From an uncultured Nitrososphaerales archaeon (GTDB lineage: Archaea > Thermoproteota > Nitrososphaeria > Nitrososphaerales > Nitrososphaeraceae), in assembly GCA_963695855.1 (NCBI GenBank), contig CAVOHZ010000010.1, positions 1,376,001 to 1,440,000 of the forward strand: a stretch of DNA of 64,000 bases. Direction: 5' to 3'. Position 1 is the stretch's first letter. Each line of letters starts with the position of its first letter. Below the pieces are notes generated by a model. The model saw only the letters and a list, made by a program, of their open reading frames with translations, had not been told where the DNA came from and ran no database searches. Positions 1 through 9,469 of the stretch are shown here, one piece after another. Position numbers and translations under genes: made by a program.

Positions 1-116
1 AAGTCTTCCATCCACTCTTAGAGGATTCGAGCACAAGAACTGAATTTTGCATTCCAGCTATAAGTATCGGCATTACAATGAAGAATAATTTCCCACTGCT
101 CGGATGTCATATTGTA

Positions 117-680
117 TCATCTTGAATATTTTTCAACTACTTTTTTTATTCTCTCGCGCTCTGTTCCAGATGGCCTTTCCAAATTAGTATTCATGGTCCA
201 ATACTTGCCCCCATAATAAGCAAGCGGTAGTTTGTCAGCATTATTGGAAGCTTCGATAACGTCACCTACAAATGTGGTATGGTCACCTAGAACAATTTCT
301 TTAGATAAAACACATTCAATATTAACTGCAGCATCTTTTACCATAATAGGCATTATTTTCTTTGCTTTATAGAATTCGAATCCAAGTTCTTTTAATGCGT
401 TAACCTTGTCGTACTTGACACCGGTGTAACCACCTGCTACACTTGACATCACCGATTGATCCGTAGCACATAGGTTTACTCCGAATTCCTTGGTCTGTTT
501 TATGTTCTCATGTGTTGCATCGTCTGGCCTTATACAAACAGCTATTAAACCAGGACGATAGGATATATGATGAGTCCATTCACAGGCCATTACATTTGGT
601 CCAAAAGGACCATCGCTCGTAATCAAACCTACATTTGTTATAAATTGGTTTGATCTTTCGTCATTCCATGGTAAGTCCAA
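117..680 (-). CDS. Flavin reductase-like (DIM6/NTAB family) protein
   Basis: Motifs GPNVMACEW, THENIKQTKEFGVNL, NIEC, GDHTTFVGDV are typical of the flavin reductase-like FMN-binding split barrel. Confidence 0.85.
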   Translation of the reverse strand: MDLPWNDERSNQFITNVGLITSDGPFGPNVMACEWTHHISYRPGLIAVCIRPDDATHENIKQTKEFGVNLCATDQSVMSSVAGGYTGVKYDKVNALKELGFEFYKAKKIMPIMVKDAAVNIECVLSKEIVLGDHTTFVGDVIEASNNADKLPLAYYGGKYWTMNTNLERPSGTERERIKKVVEKYSR

Positions 681-692
681 GAAATATCACCA

Positions 693-1067
693 CTAATTGT
701 TTTTAGGAATTACTGTCACATTGCTTTTAATCTGAGCTTTGGGTTTGAGCTGTTCATATCTCAATCTAAATAGGTCAATTACTGTTGAAATATCTTCCTC
801 CTCACTATTATGAAACCAATAGCTAATCCATCCTGATTGTGGCAGCACATGATGAGGTTTAACACGTCCAGAGTTAACAAGCTCATCTCGAATCTTCATA
901 GGAAACGGTATATCAGCTAAACCTTTATTATGTATATGTCCTATTTCTCTTTTCTTTAGACGAAATTCTATACCACCAAATCTATGAGGTTCAACAGTAA
1001 CATAAGGCCAACTTAGTATCTCTTTTTCAATAGTTTCTATAATTTTATTCATAGATATTATATTCAT
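693..1067 (-). CDS. Luciferase-like/DUF5519 family protein
   Basis: PHRFGGIEF...EIGHIH...DIPFP...PHHVLPQSGW signature. Confidence 0.75.
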   Translation of the reverse strand: MNIISMNKIIETIEKEILSWPYVTVEPHRFGGIEFRLKKREIGHIHNKGLADIPFPMKIRDELVNSGRVKPHHVLPQSGWISYWFHNSEEEDISTVIDLFRLRYEQLKPKAQIKSNVTVIPKNN

Positions 1068-1101
1068 TTCTAAGTTTATAAATACATAAATTTAAAAAGC
1101 A

Positions 1102-1344
1102 TCAACTACTGTAAATAAAAATAAATAACTTTTTCAGAAATATATATTTTCTAAGAGAATCTTTCGCAATTATATTATACTCAACTAGAATTTTTAGTAT
1201 TTCTTTTCTGTCTTTTTTAAAGTGATTCTTTGAATATTCTTTTCTGAAATTCTTATAAGATTCAGGAAATTTAAAATTAGCAGCAAAAAAAGACTTATGT
1301 TGTTCTGGATAAAAGTTTTTTAAAATACTATCTGCAATCTGCAA
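1102..1344 (-). CDS. Hypothetical protein or fragment next to IS481
   Basis: 80-aa ORF with TTG start and no recognisable motif. Confidence 0.25.
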   Translation of the reverse strand: MQIADSILKNFYPEQHKSFFAANFKFPESYKNFRKEYSKNHFKKDRKEILKILVEYNIIAKDSLRKYIFLKKLFIFIYSS

Positions 1345-1497
1345 TGTGATGATAATAATTGCTTGTTTTGAGAATTGAGGACATCTCTTTCAATATTGTT
1401 AATTGTTGTAGAGTTTAACTGTCGTCTTTCTTGAACCTCTTTTTTTCTATGCTTCTTGTATACTTAATTGTTGTACTTACACAGATAGGTAACAGAT

Positions 1498-2448
1498 TCA
1501 CTTACCAACATGGGTAACACTTTTTATCTGCTTATTTGTTTTGATATTCTTACAACTATTTAATCTTCCTTTCATAAGAAACATTTCAGATGGTGTGTGA
1601 CCATTGATTCCACCATGTTCTCTTGTTTCATTGTATGCTTTGACAAACATGGAATATCTTCTCTTTCCTTCTTCTCTGTTGGAAATATTTTCTATTGCCA
1701 AAAATTCATTTTTGACTATCTTGTTATATGCTTCAATTTTACCCTGTAGTTGTGGATATCTAGCAGGTATGGATTTATCTTTAATGTTGTTACGTTGTAG
1801 AAAACGTCTGAAGATTTTGGATGTAAGCTGTTTACCATTATCATGCAGTACCTTGAGAGGTTTACCATTCTCTACTATGTAGTCTTCCAGTACCTGTAGT
1901 ACATCTACACTTCGTTTTCTTTCAGACCAGTCACTTGTTACCTTTCTTGAACAGTCATCTTCACAACTGATAAAATAGTTCTTTTGAGTAGAATTCTCAA
2001 GGTAAAATGGTCCTAAAATGTCCATCTGTACCATTTGATTGGGTTTTTCCATTGCAAATCTTTTGTATTTTCTATTTCTGATCTTGCATCTTAGTATGTT
2101 CAGTCCATGTCTTTTCAGTATCTTGTAGATGGTTTTTGTACTGAAGGAGATATCATTCAGTCGTCTTAACCTGAACCTTATGCGATTGCAACCAAATCTT
2201 TTTGTTACACGTAAATCCAATATTTCCTGTTCTATCTCATTTGTTACTTTTCCAGGTTGTATATTATATGGTTTCCTACTTTTATCCCGTAAACCGTCTA
2301 TTCCATTCTCAAGGTACCTGTTCTTCCATTTGTAGTATGACTTTCTAGATGTATGATATCTATTACAGATATTAGTTACAGTATCTCCAGTCGACTCTTT
2401 CTCATGAATTAAATTAAATTTTGTTTGTAATTCTATTTTTGTATACAC
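1498..2448 (-). CDS. IS481-family DDE transposase
   Basis: N-terminal HTH; rve core QMD, HDNG, PQLQGKIE; YNETREH. Confidence 0.92.
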   Translation of the reverse strand: MYTKIELQTKFNLIHEKESTGDTVTNICNRYHTSRKSYYKWKNRYLENGIDGLRDKSRKPYNIQPGKVTNEIEQEILDLRVTKRFGCNRIRFRLRRLNDISFSTKTIYKILKRHGLNILRCKIRNRKYKRFAMEKPNQMVQMDILGPFYLENSTQKNYFISCEDDCSRKVTSDWSERKRSVDVLQVLEDYIVENGKPLKVLHDNGKQLTSKIFRRFLQRNNIKDKSIPARYPQLQGKIEAYNKIVKNEFLAIENISNREEGKRRYSMFVKAYNETREHGGINGHTPSEMFLMKGRLNSCKNIKTNKQIKSVTHVGK

Positions 2449-2470
2449 TTCCTAGCAGATTAGGAAGTGT
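2445..2470. promoter_or_regulatory. Hairpin covering the transposase GTG start (also in copy 2, about 3816-3841)
   Basis: ACACTTCCTA-GCAGAT-TAGGAAGTGT, a perfect 10-bp stem. Confidence 0.6.
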
Positions 2471-2839
2471 TACCTATCTCGGTAAATGAAATTGTAACCT
2501 ATGTTGGTAAGTACAACAATTAAATCAAATTATTATCTTATCTTATTGCAACAGATAAGAAGAAACACACCTCTCTTCTGTGTTTTATATGGATATGATA
2601 AAAATTCCCTACAATATAATTAAGATTATATTAAAATAGGTATAAAGTAATAATAACTACCTAATAATGGTCACAGTATCTATAAATCAATCTTATATCA
2701 ATTACAAATAGATCGAAGAATATAAAAAAAATACACTTGAAATTGTATTGATACGGCTCCCAGAAGATAAGTTTTAAGGTAAACCCTAGTAACTGCATAC
2801 TGCTTGTAGAAAGATATTGAATTATACTTAATGCCTAGG

Positions 2840-3889
2840 TGTTGTACTTACACAGATAGGTAACAGATTCACTTACCAACATGGGTAACACTTTTTATCT
2901 GCTTATTTGTTTTGATATTCTTACAACTATTTAATCTTCCTTTCATAAGAAACATTTCAGATGGTGTGTGACCATTGATTCCACCATGTTCTCTTGTTTC
3001 ATTGTATGCTTTGACAAACATGGAATATCTTCTCTTTCCTTCTTCTCTGTTGGAAATATTTTCTATTGCCAAAAATTCATTTTTGACTATCTTGTTATAT
3101 GCTTCAATTTTACCCTGTAGTTGTGGATATCTAGCAGGTATGGATTTATCTTTAATGTTGTTACGTTGTAGAAAACGTCTGAATATTTTGGATGTAAGCT
3201 GTTTACCATTATCATGCAGTACCTTGAGAGGTTTACCATTCTCTACTATGTAGTCTTCCAGTACCTGTAGTACATCTACACTTCGTTTTCTTTCAGACCA
3301 GTCACTTGTTACCTTTCTTGAACAGTCATCTTCACAACTGATAAAATAGTTCTTTTGAGTAGAATTCTCAAGGTAAAATGGTCCTAAAATGTCCATCTGT
3401 ACCATTTGATTGGGTTTTTCCATTGCAAATCTTTTGTATTTTCTATTTCTGATCTTGCATCTTAGTATGTTCAGTCCATGTCTTTTCAGTATCTTGTAGA
3501 TGGTTTTTGTACTGAAGGAGATATCATTCAGTCGTCTTAACCTGAACCTTATGCGATTGCAACCAAATCTTTTTGTTACACGTAAATCCAATATTTCCTG
3601 TTCTATCTCATTTGTTACTTTTCCAGGTTGTATATTATATGGTTTCCTACTTTTATCCCGTAAACCGTCTATTCCATTCTCAAGGTACCTGTTCTTCCAT
3701 TTGTAGTATGACTTTCTAGATGTATGATATCTATTACAGATATTAGTTACAGTATCTCCAGTCGACTCTTTCTCATGAATTAAATTAAATTTTGTTTGTA
3801 ATTCTATTTTTGTATACACTTCCTAGCAGATTAGGAAGTGTTACCTATCTCGGTAAATGAAATTGTAACCTATGTTGGTAAGTACAACA
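2840..3889 (-). mobile_element. IS481-family insertion sequence, copy 2 (1050 bp)
   Basis: Same ends and length as copy 1; identical protein; one synonymous difference noticed (about 1813 vs 3184). Confidence 0.9.
2869..3819 (-). CDS. IS481-family DDE transposase
   Basis: Protein identical to 1498..2448. Confidence 0.92.
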   Translation of the reverse strand: MYTKIELQTKFNLIHEKESTGDTVTNICNRYHTSRKSYYKWKNRYLENGIDGLRDKSRKPYNIQPGKVTNEIEQEILDLRVTKRFGCNRIRFRLRRLNDISFSTKTIYKILKRHGLNILRCKIRNRKYKRFAMEKPNQMVQMDILGPFYLENSTQKNYFISCEDDCSRKVTSDWSERKRSVDVLQVLEDYIVENGKPLKVLHDNGKQLTSKIFRRFLQRNNIKDKSIPARYPQLQGKIEAYNKIVKNEFLAIENISNREEGKRRYSMFVKAYNETREHGGINGHTPSEMFLMKGRLNSCKNIKTNKQIKSVTHVGK

Positions 3890-4176
3890 TGTAACTAACC
3901 ATAATCATATCAAATTACGTATAAAAATAAGATATATTTATGAGTAAACTGGTACACCAACGTTCATCAGGAAGTTAGGCCGTTTATGTAAACACATCTT
4001 AATTTGATGTTATTCAGCTTTAAACTTGTATGAAACATTTGCCAATACGAGCGAATAAATTTCTCAAAATGGTAAATGCTAATTTACTAGAATTGTCAAT
4101 TTGTGTATTTACATAATTGTTAACCAAGTTAACTCCGCTAATTTTTGTTAAAGCGAGTAGAATGACGTTTTTACAG

Positions 4177-4548
4177 TTAGACAGCATTGATTTTCCAAGT
4201 ATCATCGACCCAAACGCCAACAACTTTGACACCTAGATTCCATGAAGAGATAACTTCAATTCCTTTTTTAATTTGAGTAATATGTTCTTCATTGGATACA
4301 GGGTTTCCTGCACAATCATAATGACCAGACACTATAATCAATTCTGATTCGTGTTTATTGATTGATATTCCTACTTTGGTTTTAATTGATTCAAGATCAG
4401 TATTGTCTGCAACTTGTTTATCAATTCCGGGTTCTGTGATGGTATCAACATAGTCTACAGAAAAATTTTCTTTAATCCAATTAGTTAAGGGAATCTGAAT
4501 TCTCCCATCAATACATGAAACAGATGTTGCAAATTTTCCTTTAGCCAT
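4177..4548 (-). CDS. Putative small beta-class-like carbonic anhydrase
   Basis: C-x-D-x-R (CIDGR) and H-x-x-C (HYDC) zinc-ligand motifs; DTITEPG. Confidence 0.75.
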   Translation of the reverse strand: MAKGKFATSVSCIDGRIQIPLTNWIKENFSVDYVDTITEPGIDKQVADNTDLESIKTKVGISINKHESELIIVSGHYDCAGNPVSNEEHITQIKKGIEVISSWNLGVKVVGVWVDDTWKINAV

Positions 4549-4792
4549 GACTTAATAGAATCATTCTAGTTTAAAATCATTTTTGATACAAAAGACATTG
4601 TGAGGTATGATCATTTACCATAGCTATAACTTGCATTAATGCATAACATATTGCAGGTCCAACAAGAATAAATCTACGTTTTTTGAGACCCTTGCTTACC
4701 TTTTCAGAAATTTCCGCTGATGCAGACAATTGAGTTTTTTGAATTTATAGATAATTTTAGCTCAATTTGTCATCCACATGTTGTTTATTATG

Positions 4793-4917
4793 TGTTGTAC
4801 TTGCTAACATAGGTTACAATTTCATTTACTGACATGAGTAACACTTGCTAGTTCTGCTAGGAAGTGTATACAAAAATAGAATTACAAACAAGATATAATT
4901 TAATTCATGAGAAAGAA
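4793..4917 (+). mobile_element. Truncated, diverged IS481 5' end
   Basis: TGTTGTACTTGCTAACATAGGTTACAATTTCATTTAC...GTGTATACAAAAATAGAATTACAAAC matches the IS481 5' end and first codons, in opposite orientation. Confidence 0.85.
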
Positions 4918-5336
4918 TGGACTAGATCACGAAAAGATGATAATAAGGAAAAGTGAAAAAATAAGATATAAGGCTCGAATTGTGCGCGCGAATCTTTCTA
5001 AATGTAATTTTGTTGTAATTTTAAAAGATCATAATATATCTGATTTTTTCTAGATTCCAAATTGTTTCATTTTTTTAACTGAGTTATCCTAATTTTATTA
5101 AAGGTAAATCTTGTGCAGGTTTAACTTCAGTGACTACTTCTTTTTGATATAGGTTATTTTCTTTTATACTTGTAAACAATTTAAAAAATGCAAGCATATT
5201 ATCAATATAAGCTTCGGACTGATAGGATCTTGTGTTTATTTTGAAGCTTGAGATAGTCTTTGTAAATATCGATAACTTTTTCACGCTAATATTTAATTTG
5301 GCAATTTGTAAGAGTATTTTATTGTTCTATTAAAGT

Positions 5337-5409
5337 AGGTGGGCCCTAGAAAGCACCGGGCCCGTCGGGAGTAGTGCCCTCCATGTAGTAGGGTTCTACT
5401 ACCTTATGG
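5337..5409. other. GC-rich three-hairpin segment, possible structured RNA or element end
   Basis: Stems GGGCCC/GGGCCC, GGAG/CTCC and GTAGTAG/CTACTAC in an AT-rich context. Confidence 0.35.
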
Positions 5410-5479
5410 ATTTTATTGTTTGAAACTTAAATTGTATTGTAGTGGGAATACATTCCATTTAGATAAACCCCGTATTATC

Positions 5480-5946
5480 TACTAAGGCATAGAAGATAAA
5501 AGGTCTTTTGAATGTATTTGGTGTCTATGATCATACTAACTATACAATGTTTACTCACTCTTATAGAAACAAGACCGGTGACCAATTTATAGACTTCATA
5601 AGAAGGGTTGATTCAAGATATGATTCTAGCATTCAAACGATCTTTGTTGTATAAGATAATGACTCAATACGCTGGTAAAAAAAGACAACAAATGCAATAA
5701 GAAGACGTTACCATCCCAGAATAGTTCTTGTGTTCTGCCAACCAGATCTCCAGAACTGAACCCTATAGAAGTACGATGGATGTGGTTACAGAGAAAAGCA
5801 ATAAACAACTCTACATTTAGAAATGAATCTGATATTGGAAAAGCAGTATCTGATTGGACATGTAACTACAATAACACTCTCATCATGGCAGTATAACTAG
5901 AAACAGTTTACATAATGAACTCATGTGTTTGTTGACATGACTGTTA
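5480..5946 (+). pseudogene. IS630-family transposase C-terminal remnant
   Basis: Broken frames read VFGVYDHTN and PRSPELNPIEVRWMWLQRKAINN; homologous to 48515-49500. Confidence 0.8.
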
Positions 5947-6003
5947 AGATGTTAAGGAAACTTTAAGCTGCCTTACCCCTTAGAAGGCATAAAGAATTAA
6001 CAA

Positions 6004-6294
6004 GTGGATTTTTATAGAACATCTGACTATAATTTACACTTGGATGCATATCTAGAAGAGGAATTATATGATATTTTGACATTTTGTATTACGAATTCTA
6101 ACGAAAGCGAAAAAATTATGGACCAAAAGAAAAGGTTTGTTGATATTGGACAAGAACTTTATTCTGATGGTGGAATCGATGCTTTGGAAAACATGTTTTT
6201 TGCCATCAATAATCGAATAGAAGGAGAACTAAATACGGATGCAAATAAATACAAATCATGGTGGAATGGAATAACTGAAAAATGGAACTTTTAA
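6004..6294 (+). CDS. Hypothetical protein
   Basis: 96-aa ORF with globular composition. Confidence 0.55.
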   Translation: MDFYRTSDYNLHLDAYLEEELYDILTFCITNSNESEKIMDQKKRFVDIGQELYSDGGIDALENMFFAINNRIEGELNTDANKYKSWWNGITEKWNF

Positions 6295-6471
6295 ACCGAA
6301 ATGGGCTTACAATGTATAATTCAATCTATTACTTCAGAATAATTTTTTTAACATCCAAAATAAATATAATTTCTAGATCAAAAACTGATTATCAACAACA
6401 AATTCATACGATAGACAATAGTTTACAAGATGGGTAAATGTTCAAAATTTAAGTTTAACGAATAAAATATC

Positions 6472-6495
6472 GGCTCTGACGATATGAAAATCTTT
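6472..6495 (+). repeat. 24-bp copy of the putative element-end motif at 31611
   Basis: GGCTCTGACgATATGAAAATCTTT matches 31611-31634 at 23 of 24 positions. Confidence 0.7.
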
Positions 6496-6544
6496 TAGTC
6501 TGTTTCATTACTGTATTCAATAAAATTTATAGATATGAAAATAA

Positions 6545-6750
6545 AATATGCCTCTCTAGGTCCAGAATAGTTTGCACGTGTGACGAAGACTACTGTCACA
6601 TGCAAATCGCCACATCTTTAAAACAAATTTTGTACTTTAAGAATAGAGATCATAAATAATATAATGATAGATTAGCACATGAGAAAAAATATGACATACA
6701 AAATATAGTCTCTCTCAGGGTCTAGAATAATTTCTACGTGTGACAGTCCT
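6545..6750 (+). repeat. TGTGACA-palindrome array A (2 units)
   Basis: CTCTCT(A/C)GG...GTGTGAC...TGTCACA units; the whole block is a diverged direct repeat of array B. Confidence 0.8.
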
Positions 6751-7109
6751 ATGATATACAAAGAATTTGTTTTAGATAGAATGATGCAATTATTTCTAAG
6801 GATTTTAGATTTTTTACAATGCATATATCTTCAGTGGATTAAGAGATTGTACTTCGTTAATTCTAATACTTTTAGGCGCCTAAAATTTTTACTTCTTTTA
6901 ACAAGCAAGCTATTATATTCATTTATGATTATTATTATACTTTCAAATTAGCAAATTCAAAAATTAACAAAATTAAGAATTTCAATGTTGTGGATTATTA
7001 TGTAGATTATATGATTATTTATCGTTTCTATAAAAACAATAATCAATATGTATGATATTTTACAGCTATCTTAAATATTCTTTTATATGTACAATAAAAA
7101 TTATATATT

Positions 7110-7274
7110 ATGTTAAAGAAATGTTCAAAATGCGAAGAGAGTTTTGAATGTAAAGAATCTAATACATGTTGGTGTAACAAGATTGAATATATATCTATTA
7201 TGAATGGTAATAATAAAGTAGACTGTTTTTGTAAAAATTGTCTTTTAGAAAAGATTAGTAAATCAAATAGATAA
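7110..7274 (+). CDS. Cysteine-rich CWC family small protein (54 aa, absent from the ORF track)
   Basis: MLKKCSKCEESFECKESNTCWCNK...DCFCKNCL: CxxC, FxC, CWC and CxCxxCL pattern. Confidence 0.8.
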   Translation: MLKKCSKCEESFECKESNTCWCNKIEYISIMNGNNKVDCFCKNCLLEKISKSNR

Positions 7275-7355
7275 AATTTGATTATTTAGTAGTAGAAATT
7301 TTGATTGAAGAAAACAAGTTTGTGTGCTTCCTGGTTAGATAATATACAAATAGTG

Positions 7356-8297
7356 CTATATTAGATAATATACAAATAGTGCTATATAAATGCCTCCAGC
7401 AATAATCAGAGGATAATAGGGAATTAAATAATTAGATGATACAAATAAAGAATGTTTCAATTCAACTATAAATGGAACATATGTGAACATCCATAATCCA
7501 CCAAATAATACAAATCCAACAAGTTTATTTTTATTATATAAAAATGCTGGTAAAATAGTTCCTAATAATAGGTATGGAAATGTAAAGGTAATATTTGGAT
7601 TAGCAATTATAGTGGAAATTATTATTGAGAAAGCAAATACTCCTGCAATATATACTGGATTAATATTGTTGTTTACATTGCCATAATATACAATTGATAA
7701 CGATAGTATTGGCATTACAATAAAGGAAATTATCAAAGATACAAACGGAGGAGGAATAATATAAAAAGATGTATCCACAGATTTAACTGAAACTAAAGAA
7801 AACATCAACAACAGAAAAGTTATAGATAGCCACAAAACTCCAAGACTAATAGTTTGACCACAAATCTTTGAATAAGCAATAGTAGTAGTTGACGGCAATT
7901 TTTGAAAATGTTTAAAGATCATGAATGAATATAAAATTGGTATAAAAGAGAGCATCACATGTGGAAGACTTAAAAAACTATCGAAACCAAAATTATCATG
8001 CCAGAGCAAATCAAAATATCCAGATAATAGTTGACATGCAGGTATTACAGCAAACAAAAAATATTTTGGACAAATAATAGTAATAATTACACCTATTAAG
8101 AAAACAAGAAATAAGCTAGAATATATCACCAGATGTGCAGGCTGAAAGAAATTATCAACTTCATTGAGAGAATGGTAGGTAATATCCCAATATGCTCCTG
8201 TGATACCTGAAAAAAGCAAAATTATGAGTATGACAAAAAGATAATTTAGTATTTTATCTTTTTTATATTGAAAATATTCTACTAAATTATCAGCCAA
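7356..8297 (-). CDS. Polytopic membrane protein with two D-x3-H-x12-H motifs
   Basis: Many hydrophobic segments; DITYHSLNEVDNFFQPAH and DLLWHDNFGFDSFLSLPH. Confidence 0.75.
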   Translation of the reverse strand: MADNLVEYFQYKKDKILNYLFVILIILLFSGITGAYWDITYHSLNEVDNFFQPAHLVIYSSLFLVFLIGVIITIICPKYFLFAVIPACQLLSGYFDLLWHDNFGFDSFLSLPHVMLSFIPILYSFMIFKHFQKLPSTTTIAYSKICGQTISLGVLWLSITFLLLMFSLVSVKSVDTSFYIIPPPFVSLIISFIVMPILSLSIVYYGNVNNNINPVYIAGVFAFSIIISTIIANPNITFTFPYLLLGTILPAFLYNKNKLVGFVLFGGLWMFTYVPFIVELKHSLFVSSNYLIPYYPLIIAGGIYIALFVYYLI

Positions 8298-8569
8298 TAT
8301 TCACATTCAATATTATCTATCTATATAATAAAAGTAATGATATGTGAAATATTAATCGAAATTATTTTTTATGATAAGAATAGATAATATAGTAAATAGT
8401 ATTATTATTTACATTAATTTATTTAAAATTGATGATTGTAATCAATAATAATAATGCTTTAAATTGATAATATAAAATAAGAGGATAACAAAAAACTAAA
8501 AAATATATAATAAATATTTTTTAATCCTTCTCAATGTTCTATTATTATAAAAAAAAATTAAGAAATGGT

Positions 8570-8810
8570 TACTTCTGAGTTCAAAATACTTTGAGTGTGA
8601 CAAAACTATATTGTCACATGCAAGTCGTTACATCTTTAAAACAAATTTGTTACTTTAAAAATGGAGAACAGAAATAATTTAATGTTAGATTAGCATATGA
8701 GGAAAAATAATGGCATACAGAATATAGTCTCTCTCTGGGTCCAAAATAGTTTTTAGGTGTGACAGTTTTCATGTGACAGTGTGACGCTAAAAGTAAATTC
8801 ACCACTGAAA
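8570..8810 (+). repeat. TGTGACA-palindrome array B (2 units)
   Basis: Same units and same spacer as array A. Confidence 0.8.
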
Positions 8811-8896
8811 GATAGAGATAAAAATATTCATATGAAAAAATATTTTATTTAGAGAAAAGAATTGTTATCTATATCTATATTATAATATAGACTATC

Positions 8897-9427
8897 ATGA
8901 GCAATTCTAATGAAAAAGATAAAAAATTAGATCTGATTAAAGAAAACTTTAATCATGCTAGACATGTAGAAAATGAAAGGTTACAGTTTGCTCAGATTTA
9001 TGGTGCAATCGTAGCGGGTTCTTTTGCTTTATCTTCAACAGGAGAGATGTCGATTCAAATATACGGTACTTTATTAATATTATTATATATTATAGGATGG
9101 TTCGGCTTTATATTAACAATCAAGCTCTCTTATGAGTTCGATAATCATATAGAAAGAAATCATAAACTTGCAATGACTGATGAAACTATCAGTAAGTATT
9201 TGGCATTCCCACTAGATAGTGGAATCTTTAAAGTGTTAAAAGCAAAATATGTGTTCTTTTTGTTTTACATTGGAATATGTGATTACTTGCTATATTTGCT
9301 AGTGCATATTTTTTTGAAGCAATATTGGTATCTTATTGTAGTAACAATAATTATGTTAATAATAGTTCTCTTGGCTGATCAAGAATTTAAAAAACATCAA
9401 AATAGATACGCAAAAGAGAAAATGTGA
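8897..9427 (+). CDS. Hypothetical membrane protein (about 4 TM segments)
   Basis: 176-aa ORF with ATG start and four hydrophobic stretches. Confidence 0.7.
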   Translation: MSNSNEKDKKLDLIKENFNHARHVENERLQFAQIYGAIVAGSFALSSTGEMSIQIYGTLLILLYIIGWFGFILTIKLSYEFDNHIERNHKLAMTDETISKYLAFPLDSGIFKVLKAKYVFFLFYIGICDYLLYLLVHIFLKQYWYLIVVTIIMLIIVLLADQEFKKHQNRYAKEKM

Positions 9428-9469
9428 GATAAAAAGAAAATGACATCTTATAAGAAATTTATTAAATTA

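Larger units (their letters stand above)
1469..2518 (-). mobile_element. IS481-family insertion sequence, copy 1 (1050 bp)
   Basis: Ends TGTTGTACTTAC...GTAAGTACAACA (TGT...ACA inverted repeats), internal GGTAACA/TGTTACC repeats, single transposase ORF. Confidence 0.9.
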
